In this document: one piece after another, positions 15,418 through 21,799 of the stretch
How the letters are laid out: each line of letters opens with the position of its first letter
Numbering within the stretch: the first letter of the stretch is position 1
From: Catalimonadaceae bacterium
Lineage (GTDB): Bacteria; Bacteroidota; Bacteroidia; Cytophagales; Flexibacteraceae
Direction of reading: 5' to 3'
Length of the DNA: 24,000 nt
Assembly (NCBI GenBank): GCA_044379485.1
Contig: JBIPOE010000001.1
Location: 143,990-167,989, forward strand
Position numbers and translations under genes: made by a program
Notes under the pieces: generated by a model
What the model was told of the DNA's origin: nothing
The model's input: only the letters and a program-made list of their open reading frames with translations
Database searches by the model: none

Positions 15418-15810
15418 TCAGAGGTTTAAAAGAATTCTGATTTCTTCAATAAAGGCTTTGGTTGGCTCCCAGAGTGCTGTTGTTGATGGTTCGTCATTAT
15501 CAAAAAAATCATCATAATCTCCTTTTTGCCTTTTCTCAAACAATCGGGTAAAATGTCTTCCTCCTGCTTTGCTTATTAAACCTGTATTTACAAAATGTTG
15601 GCCTAAAAGTTGTTTGGTTCCTGAATGCGTGGCAGTTAGAAGATTATGCTTTATAAGAAGGGCACCAACTGCATAAAAAGAGGCATAATACATCCGGTTC
15701 ACAGCTGTATTCCAAAATTTGTTAGCCAATAAAAGCTCAATTTCGGGTATAGTATCCATCGCTCTTTGAAACCGATATTGAACAAGGATACTTAGATTTT
15801 TGTCACTCAT
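15418..15810 (-). CDS. HEPN domain protein (toxin of an MNT-HEPN pair)
   Basis: NRMYYASFYAVGALL...THSG...FEKRQKGDYDD matches the HEPN pattern. 4-nt overlap with the nucleotidyltransferase gene. Confidence 0.85.
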   Translation of the reverse strand: MSDKNLSILVQYRFQRAMDTIPEIELLLANKFWNTAVNRMYYASFYAVGALLIKHNLLTATHSGTKQLLGQHFVNTGLISKAGGRHFTRLFEKRQKGDYDDFFDNDEPSTTALWEPTKAFIEEIRILLNL

Positions 15811-16127
15811 AATCGCCTGGCCTCAAGCTGTATTTGCTTGTAAAGTGGGGTTATTGCGTATCTGTTATTCCATTCAGTTTCAGAATAAATAAATGGACTA
15901 ATCACCTCTCCGGTTTCAAGTTCAAGGTCATACAATGGATCAGTTAAGATTGATTCATCTTTTGAATTGATTCTTTCATTTGGCAGTAGAATCAAAATAT
16001 CCCAATCAGAATCTGTACTGGCTGTTCCTCTTGCCCTGGAACCAAATAGCAATATCTGAGCATCAGGAGCCTTTCCTAAAATTGTAGTCTTGATTCTATT
16101 GAGAAATTCGATTGGATTATCTTTCAT
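15807..16127 (-). CDS. Minimal nucleotidyltransferase (MNT, antitoxin of the MNT-HEPN pair)
   Basis: LFGSRARGTASTDSDWDILIL fits the GS-x(n)-D-x-D pol-beta NTase motif. Confidence 0.85.
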   Translation of the reverse strand: MKDNPIEFLNRIKTTILGKAPDAQILLFGSRARGTASTDSDWDILILLPNERINSKDESILTDPLYDLELETGEVISPFIYSETEWNNRYAITPLYKQIQLEARRL

Positions 16128-16230
16128 ATATATCTTTTAAATCAACTTAAAGTACTTTGAAACAATCCAGTTATTATTTTCTCTTGCGTGGTTTGTGAAG
16201 GCAGGCAATTTGTATCTACAACAATCCGCA

Positions 16231-16449
16231 TTAACTTTCATTGCCGAGCATTTTCTCAAAATCGTTGTCTGCATATCCTTTTTGATTGGATACCTTTTTT
16301 AGTTCTTCACGAAGTTGGCTGCCAAAATGCTGTACAAGGATACGCTGAAGTTCAAGAGTTTCTTCCTCAGTCATTGGCCTGCTAAACAACCTCAGCAGCG
16401 ATTGCTGAACTAGATTTAAACCGAAAGCGGAGTTTTTTGTGGAGACCAT
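16231..16449 (-). CDS. Hypothetical 72-aa protein upstream of the MNT-HEPN pair
   Basis: ORF only, co-directional and 103 nt upstream of the MNT gene. Confidence 0.45.
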   Translation of the reverse strand: MVSTKNSAFGLNLVQQSLLRLFSRPMTEEETLELQRILVQHFGSQLREELKKVSNQKGYADNDFEKMLGNES

Positions 16450-16538
16450 TTGAATAACTTTGGTTGATACAAAGATATAAATTTTATATCAAATTCATAT
16501 TCAATCTGCGGGTTTCGGGGCAGTTAACGTCGGCCATA

Positions 16539-16880
16539 ATGTTTAAGTCAAAAGTAGAAAAGTTAAAATTCAAAAGTTTGAGGTCTTTTTACCGCCATGC
16601 CGCCAACTACAAAACCTTTGCTGCCATCGTTTTCGCCAATCCGGAAAACATCCCTTTGGAAGACATCAGCAAAACGATACTGGCCTCCTGTAACGTCAAT
16701 AAAAACTTCGATCCCCTTCCATGGTCCTTGCCCAACATCCGCAGCCAGCCCTACGACCCCGAGCTGGATCATAACTTGTATGAGTATGAAATGGTGGAGG
16801 AAACGGAAGAAATGCCTACAGATGGGAGAAATGTTGGGCAGTTTCTGGAAGTTGTTAAAACTTATCCTTTGAGCGAATAA
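16539..16880 (+). CDS. Hypothetical 113-aa protein; the only apparently intact member of the repeated NFDPLPWSLPNIRSQPYDPE family
   Basis: ATG at 16539 (MFKSKVEKLKFKS...). It contains module copy 2. Its tail GQFLEVVKTYPLSE is conserved at protein level at 17676-17723 (QFLEVVKNNPLDDYL). Function unknown. Confidence 0.45.
   Translation: MFKSKVEKLKFKSLRSFYRHAANYKTFAAIVFANPENIPLEDISKTILASCNVNKNFDPLPWSLPNIRSQPYDPELDHNLYEYEMVEETEEMPTDGRNVGQFLEVVKTYPLSE
16636..16772 (+). repeat. 137-bp module, copy 2 (reference copy)
   Basis: See copies 1, 3 and 4. It encodes NPENIPLEDISKTILASCNVNKNFDPLPWSLPNIRSQPYDPELDH in frame with the 16539 ORF. Confidence 0.9.
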
Positions 16881-16897
16881 AAAGTTTCCATTAAAAT

Positions 16898-17227
16898 TTA
16901 ATCTGGCAATTGACTCAACAAAAGTTTAATCTGTTGATCTGAAATATCAGCCTGCTCCGATTTATCATAAATAGAAAGCAGGACTACCGCAAACTTTGTA
17001 ACCCGAACTTGTGTGATAATCCTGGCGCCACCACTCTTGCCCTTTCCTTTGGAAGAAATGGCCAAACGTATTTTAAAACATTAATTGCCCAATGATTATC
17101 CTTGAGTTGGGTTGGTTTCAAGAGAGGAAATCAGGGTTTCTAATTCAGATTTAAGAGAAGGAAATTTTTGAATTAATCTTTTGGCCTGTTTCTTAAAAAC
17201 GGAACCAACCTCAATTTTATAGTTCAT
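16898..17227 (-). pseudogene. RelE/ParE-superfamily toxin (KGKSGGARII type) inactivated by two in-frame TAA codons
   Basis: Translation: MNYKIEVGSVFKKQAKRLIQKFPSLKSELETLISSLETNPTQG*SLGN*CFKIRLAISSKGKGKSGGARIITQV...IYDKSEQADISDQQI. The stops are at 17096-17098 and 17081-17083. The ATG overlaps the end of the antitoxin gene. It is a paralogue of the 19134-19479 toxin. Confidence 0.8.
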
Positions 17228-17423
17228 TTAAAAAATCCCGGGCTGAGCCATATTCTGTTTTTCCCTCTTTTACAAGGTTGGCTTCTTCCACAGCCTCCTG
17301 AAGTTCAGTTAAAAACAATTCGTTTTGAGGACTTAATGTTTTGGCTTTTACAAACGAAAAATTTCGGATAAGTTCCATAAAAAACGATGCTTTATTGTCG
17401 TTAATTTCCAGCCAGACCTGCAT
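17217..17423 (-). CDS. Antitoxin-like small protein (partner of the decayed RelE/ParE toxin)
   Basis: 68 aa with genetic coupling to the toxin pseudogene. It is a paralogue of 18624-18833 (shared pattern LE..D.K..F..EL...FS.VK.K.LS.......Q.AV.E.N.VK.GK). Confidence 0.65.
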   Translation of the reverse strand: MQVWLEINDNKASFFMELIRNFSFVKAKTLSPQNELFLTELQEAVEEANLVKEGKTEYGSARDFLNEL

Positions 17424-17507
17424 TGAATTGTTATTTTTGATTCAAATTCAAAGTTATGTTTTTTTTCTAAATCAAGTATAAAAAAGGATTTTGCGGTGAG
17501 ATTATCG

Positions 17508-17631
17508 CCAATCCGGAAAAGACATCAGCAAAACGATACTGGCCTCATGCAACGTCAATAAAAACTTCGATCCCCTTCCATGGTCATTTCCCAACATCCG
17601 CAGCCAGCCCTACGACCACGAGCTGGATCAT
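17508..17631 (+). repeat. 137-bp module, copy 3 (13-nt internal deletion)
   Basis: 5 mismatches over 124 nt compared with copy 2, and it lacks catccctttggaa. The frame is broken. Confidence 0.9.
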
Positions 17632-17730
17632 AGGTGGAAAAAGTTAAAAGTAGAAAGTAAAAATGCAAAAGTGGGAGGCAGTTTCTGGAAGTGGTGAAAA
17701 ATAATCCATTAGACGATTATCTATAACATT

Positions 17731-18414
17731 AGCCCTGAAAGGGCGATATTTGCCACCCCAGGGCATAGTCCTGGGATTATAGCCATGGGCCAATCACTCG
17801 TCAAAAATTATATCCACCTCGTCTTCAGCACCAAATATAGGGAGCCGCTTATAGATGAGGCCATCGAATCCGAACTCTATGCCTACCTGGGAGGCATTTG
17901 CAACCAACTCGAATGCCAACCTATAAAAATCGGAGGCTTTACAGACCACATCCATATTCTATGCATGCTTTCTAAAAAAACAGCCCTCATGAAACTGGTA
18001 GAAGAACTAAAATCACATTCTTCCAAATGGATCAAAACCAAGGGTGAAAACTACCGGAATTTTTACTGGCAAGGGGGATACGGTGCTTTTTCCGTCAATC
18101 CGGCAGAAATGAATGTGGTTGTCAGATACATTGAAAATCAAAAACAACACCACCGAAAAAAAATCTTTCAGGAAGAATACAGGGGTTTTCTGAAAAAGTA
18201 TAAGGTAGAGTATGATGAGCGCTATGTGTGGGATTGATTCATGATGCACTCTTGTGTTACGCCCATTCAGGGCTTAAGGAATTTGGCTTTCGTGGTCCAC
18301 GAAGGGCTTCAACACGCCAAGGCGGTCACAGCCCTTCGTTAGGGAATTACGCCCTTTCAGGGCTTTTTAAAATTCCAGCTCATTTAGATTTGTCCATAAA
18401 GCCCTGAAAGGGCG
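17731..18414 (+). mobile_element. REP-RAYT unit: IS200-like Y1 transposase gene flanked by inverted REP hairpins
   Basis: AGCCCTGAAAGGGCG at 17731-17745 and 18400-18414. The reverse complement CGCCC(A/T)TTCAGGGCT is at 18260-18274 and 18350-18364. Confidence 0.75.
17785..18237 (+). CDS. REP-associated tyrosine transposase (RAYT; IS200/IS605 TnpA-like Y1 HUH enzyme)
   Basis: 150 aa. HUH motif in TDHIHIL. A tyrosine region YWQGGYGAFSV. N-terminal NYIHLVFSTKYREP is typical of this family. Confidence 0.85.
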   Translation: MGQSLVKNYIHLVFSTKYREPLIDEAIESELYAYLGGICNQLECQPIKIGGFTDHIHILCMLSKKTALMKLVEELKSHSSKWIKTKGENYRNFYWQGGYGAFSVNPAEMNVVVRYIENQKQHHRKKIFQEEYRGFLKKYKVEYDERYVWD

Positions 18415-18457
18415 ATATTTGCCAACCCAGGGCCGTGACCGCTGTGGCGTGTTGAAG
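18260..18457. repeat. REP-like palindrome cluster downstream of the RAYT gene
   Basis: Two REP hairpins (18260-18274, 18350-18364). A hairpin CGAAGGGCT..AGCCCTTCG (18300-18308/18330-18338). A 27-nt inverted repeat 18307-18333 vs 18431-18457 (24/27). Confidence 0.8.
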
Positions 18458-18555
18458 ATCTGGGATTATAGCCATGGGCCAATCACCCGTCAAAAACCAT
18501 ATCCACCTCGTCTTCAGCACCAAATATAGGGAGCCGCTGATAGATGAGGCAATCG
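18400..18555 (+). pseudogene. Partial duplication of the RAYT upstream region plus the first 27 codons (MGQSPVKNHIHLVFSTKYREPLIDEAI), then truncated
   Basis: Near-identical to 17731-17866 apart from a net ~20-nt insertion (the 18431-18457 inverted-repeat arm). Homology stops at about 18555. Confidence 0.85.
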
Positions 18556-18623
18556 TAAAAACAATCTGACTCGTTTTAATTTGTCAGGAAATTAGCGAAC
18601 TTTGAATCCTGTTTCACTTTATT

Positions 18624-18833
18624 ATGAAATTTATACTTGAAGTTAAAGACCACAAAGTTCCATTCATTTCAGAATTGCCCGGACAGTTTTCGTATGTAAA
18701 AACAAAGCCCTTAAGTGGCGAAAAGGCGGAAGCCATTCAAAGCATTCAACAGGCAGTCTTAGAAATGAACAAGGTGAAGAAAGGCAAACGAAAGGCCCGA
18801 CCGATTGAAGACCTTTTTAAAGACTCAATTTGA
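18624..18833 (+). CDS. Orphan antitoxin-like protein (paralogue of 17217-17423) with no toxin partner
   Basis: 69 aa. Only 92 nt of non-coding sequence follow before the next gene. Confidence 0.6.
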   Translation: MKFILEVKDHKVPFISELPGQFSYVKTKPLSGEKAEAIQSIQQAVLEMNKVKKGKRKARPIEDLFKDSI

Positions 18834-18925
18834 AGTCTTCAATTTCCTGATTCTGGCCTGATTTTTTCGTCTTTTATCATTCATTTTTAAATTTGGTGTA
18901 GATTTGAATTAAATAAACTCTACAA

Positions 18926-19144
18926 ATGCCAGGCAACATTCAGTTTCTTACAGACAGCAAAGGGCGAAAAAAATCAGCCCTGGTACCCATAAAAAAATGG
19001 GAAGAAGTAAATGCCTTAAACCAACAATTACAAAGAAAGTTAGAGATTCTAACCGGGATTGCTACGGGCATTCAGGACGTTAGGGAAGCCAGAGCAATTG
19101 GTAAACCTCTTCAATCATTGTCTGATTTTTTGAATGAAAGTTAG
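18926..19144 (+). CDS. Antitoxin of a RelE/ParE-type pair
   Basis: 72 aa. Its N-terminus IQFLTDSKGRKKSALVPIKKWEEV is typical of antitoxins paired with KGKGGGAR toxins. Its 3' end overlaps the toxin ATG at 19134. Confidence 0.7.
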   Translation: MPGNIQFLTDSKGRKKSALVPIKKWEEVNALNQQLQRKLEILTGIATGIQDVREARAIGKPLQSLSDFLNES

Positions 19145-19479
19145 CATACGTGTTGCTGAAAATTTTAAGAAAGAAGCAAAGCCCCCTCCTTAAAAAATAT
19201 CGATCCCTCAAAGCTGAACTTGCTGCATTAGGGCAGGATCTAGTTCAAAATCCAGGTTTGGGAACTCCTCTTGGTGCTCAGATATTTAAAATCAGGTTGG
19301 CAATAAAAAGCAAGGGTAAAGGTGGAGGTGCCAGAGTTATAACCTATCTTGAAATTGAGTTTCTGACTGAAAACCCTGGGCAAGAAATTACTGTTGTCAA
19401 TCTCATTTCAATTTATGATAAGGGAGATCTGGATACGCTTTCAGATTCTGATATTCAAAATATAATCCGGAATTTATAA
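19134..19479 (+). pseudogene. RelE/ParE-superfamily toxin with a +1 frameshift in a C5 run (19182-19186)
   Basis: The ATG at 19134 gives MKVSIRVAENFKKEAKPPP*. Removing one C restores ...EAKPLLKKYRSLKAELAALGQDLVQNPGLGTPLGAQIFKIRLAIKSKGKGGGARVITYL... The ORF track only finds the GTG-started distal part (19150-19479). Confidence 0.75.
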
Positions 19480-19593
19480 TCCAAATAACCTTGGCCGATA
19501 TCAAAACCTTCGGCGAAATCATATTTTTAAACCAAGGCCAGCTTAGCCTTGCACATACGGAAGCCTTTATGATTTCTTCATGGAACATCAATC

Positions 19594-19655
19594 AAAACTT
19601 CGATCCCCTTCCTTGGTCCTTGCCCAACATCCGCAGCCAGCCCTATGATCCGGAG
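19594..19655 (+). repeat. Module copy 4 (62-bp nucleotide core; protein-level similarity extends over 19494-19665)
   Basis: 58/62 nt identical to copy 2. All four differences are synonymous in the NFDPLPWSLPNIRSQPYDPE frame. Confidence 0.9.
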
Positions 19656-19768
19656 CACGATCCGAAAGTCATATTTTTTATTCAAAAGTAGAAAAGAACT
19701 GAAAAGGCTTACAGCTTTTGGATTTTCCTACTTAGTCCTTACTTTTGACCATCTGGTATGTTCCCAAT

Positions 19769-20074
19769 ATGCAAGCACTTCCTGAAGAAATTTCAAATAC
19801 GATATTAAATTATTTCCAAAATCAACCGGTTTTAAAGGCATGGTTATTTGGATCGTGGAGCCGGGGTCAGGCTACAGAAAACAGCGATATTGATTTGCTT
19901 GTCGAGCTCGATTATACCAAACCAGTAGGTCTTGAATTTATCCAAATGCAAATCGATTTGCAGCTTATACTGGGTAGAAAAGTAGATTTAGTTTCTGCAA
20001 GGGGCTTATCAAAATATATAGGGCCAATAATTGAAGCAGAAAAAAAGCTAATATATGCAAGAAAGGCTAGGTAA
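19769..20074 (+). CDS. mntA: Nucleotidyltransferase antitoxin of an MntA/HepT pair
   Basis: LFGSWSRGQATENSDIDLLVEL NTase motif. ATG at 19769 (the ORF track starts at TTG 19745). 20-nt overlap with the DUF86 gene. Confidence 0.85.
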   Translation: MQALPEEISNTILNYFQNQPVLKAWLFGSWSRGQATENSDIDLLVELDYTKPVGLEFIQMQIDLQLILGRKVDLVSARGLSKYIGPIIEAEKKLIYARKAR

Positions 20075-20522
20075 CAGGAGCCGGCTTCAACACATGTTGG
20101 ATGCCATTTCAGAAATTGAGGTTTACACAAAAGGTGTTGATAAAGAAACGTTTGTAAATCATTCCATGATGTTCAACGCTACTTTACATCAGCTTGAAAT
20201 TATAGGTGAGGCGGCAAACCACATTTCAGAAGATGTTCAGATGGCCAATCCAGAAATTCTATGGGCAAGAATAATCGCCCTTCGAAATCTGGTAATCCAT
20301 GAATATTTCGGAATTGACGACAATTCTATTTGGAGCATTCTTCAGATCAACCTTCCTGAATTCCCGCTGTCATCCATTGCACATCTCCATTGCCATATCT
20401 GCCCGCTGCCCCAAGAGAATCAGCATGATCTACAATGCCTTCCCTTACAACGGTTATGGTTTCAAATCCCCTGTGTGGGTGGCCGGGAAAGCCTGGCACT
20501 TGTTTGCCATGGTACATTCTAA
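20055..20522 (+). CDS. hepT: HepT/DUF86 HEPN toxin, C-terminally truncated and fused to unrelated read-through sequence
   Basis: ALRNLVIHEYFGIDDNSIW contains the R-x4-H-x-Y HEPN motif. Family-like sequence ends at ...LQINLPEF (about 20363). The remaining 52 codons are antisense to the pirin gene. Confidence 0.75.
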   Translation: MQERLGNRSRLQHMLDAISEIEVYTKGVDKETFVNHSMMFNATLHQLEIIGEAANHISEDVQMANPEILWARIIALRNLVIHEYFGIDDNSIWSILQINLPEFPLSSIAHLHCHICPLPQENQHDLQCLPLQRLWFQIPCVGGRESLALVCHGTF

Positions 20523-20823
20523 ACCCATCCTTTATAATAAAATCATCTCCCAACTGCCGGCCATTTAAAAATGGTTTTTCAGGCCCCATTACATCGTTTC
20601 CTTTTGGAAATTTATCTTCATGGTGCACACAAAAAAGAAATGGGTCAGCGGTTTCCCACTGAAAACCCATGGGTTGCAGGTTTGTAATATTGGAAACAGG
20701 TGCCATTTCAGATGGTGAATTTTGATTAGAAGCCGATCGGCCTAAAACGGGTGCTGCAAAAAAAGAGGCTATGCTGAGACCAAGTTTTTCAAGAAAAGTT
20801 TTTCGTGGAAGAGTTGAAGCCAT
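20347..20823 (-). pseudogene. Pirin family protein, N-terminal half only (3'-truncated)
   Basis: GFPGHPHRGFETITVVREGIVDHADSLG...GDVQWMTAG is the pirin N-terminal cupin domain. The canonical continuation (xGIxHSE and the whole C-terminal cupin) is missing, and a stop comes 4 codons after MTAG. The N-terminus has a signal/Tat-like segment. Confidence 0.75.
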
Positions 20824-21139
20824 AGTGATGATTGTTTTTCAATTAAACCCTAAATTAGAAAGCAAATATATGCCAAATTGTTTCCTACTGATTACCTTTT
20901 GTGGGATTTAGAAAAAGGTGGAATACCCTTAAATTTCTCTCCGGATTGAAAGGCAAACAAGCATTTTTATTGAAAAGTACTTTAGTTTTTTGGGCTGAGG
21001 GAAAAGTAAAAGGTGCTATAGTTTTAGAAATCAACTTTTGGAATTGGGGTTTAAAATTTCAATTTATAGAAGGAAATATTTTTATGTAACCATGGTGTGA
21101 TTCGTGGGACATGAATCCAGGAAGAGATCCATTATTGTC

Positions 21140-21194
21140 AATAGTGGCTGGAAGCATCACAATAAGCCGAACGAGGCACAGCCTCGCCCGATGG
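21140..21194. repeat. Left copy of a ~55-bp inverted repeat (contains hairpin CGAGGC-aca-GCCTCG)
   Basis: aatagtggctggaagcatcacaataagccgaacgaggcacagcctcgcccgatgg. The reverse complement of 23766-23821 matches at about 52/55. Confidence 0.85.
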
Positions 21195-21285
21195 AAGTCT
21201 TTCTTTTAAAGCAAATTTGCTGCAATTTTTGGTGTATTGGGTTGCAGTATATTTCTTTACACCCTCATTCCATCAAAAAATCACC

Positions 21286-21768
21286 ATGCGAATCTTTCTT
21301 CTCAGCTCTGCTTTTTCTTCTTTACTGATGTTTTCCGGACATGCCCAAAGCATCGAGCGGATCCAGTTTTCGGGACTGGCTTCAGACAACAACAATTTCC
21401 AACCGGTGGCAGGTTCGCCCTTTGGTACGTATATGAGTGGCGGCGCCGGTTCGCTGACGGTAGCTTCCGAATATGGAAAAAGCACCTACGCACCTTTGCA
21501 GGTAAAAACAATGGACCGGCCAACGGTAGATGTATCGGTTTACCCCAACCCCAGTTCCGATGAGGTTTTTATCGACTGGAAATCGGGTGATCCAACCGGA
21601 CAATTTCTGGTTTTACTGGATGCCAATGGGAAGGAGGTAAGAAAAGAGCAGGTAAAATCCAGCCAAATGCGCCTGATGCTAAAAGATGTAGCAGCCGGTA
21701 TGTACACACTGCAAATAAGCAAGGGCCTTCAAAAACTCGGTTCCTATAAAATCATAAAAACCAAATAA
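21286..21768 (+). CDS. Small secreted protein with T9SS C-terminal sorting domain
   Basis: Signal peptide MRIFLLSSAFSSLLMFSGHAQ. C-terminal VYPNPSSDEVFIDW...GMYTLQISKG matches the Por secretion tail pattern. The ORF track starts earlier, at 21217. Confidence 0.8.
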   Translation: MRIFLLSSAFSSLLMFSGHAQSIERIQFSGLASDNNNFQPVAGSPFGTYMSGGAGSLTVASEYGKSTYAPLQVKTMDRPTVDVSVYPNPSSDEVFIDWKSGDPTGQFLVLLDANGKEVRKEQVKSSQMRLMLKDVAAGMYTLQISKGLQKLGSYKIIKTK

Positions 21769-21799
21769 TTCCTTTTAAAAATTCAATCAAATCAATCAT

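Noticed and set aside
15156-19655. The 137-bp repeats as a CRISPR array or as integron attC sites (VCR-like) separating cassettes
   Set aside because: Only four copies are present, spaced irregularly at 0.7-2 kb, and they are far longer than CRISPR repeats. The unit has no dyad symmetry and no RYYYAAC/GTTRRRY core sites. It shows coding-type (synonymous) variation. Cassettes are in mixed orientations, and no intI or cas gene is in the window.
19491-19691. A 66-aa ORF as an independent gene
   Set aside because: It has no ATG (TTG start immediately after the toxin stop). It is best read as a truncated fragment of the repeated 113-aa family, so it is reported as module copy 4 rather than as a CDS.
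20364-20662. The C-terminal 52 codons of the 20055-20522 ORF, and ORFs 20299-20568 and 20435-20662
   Set aside because: All are antisense to the clearly pirin-homologous sequence. They result from read-through past the truncation junction.
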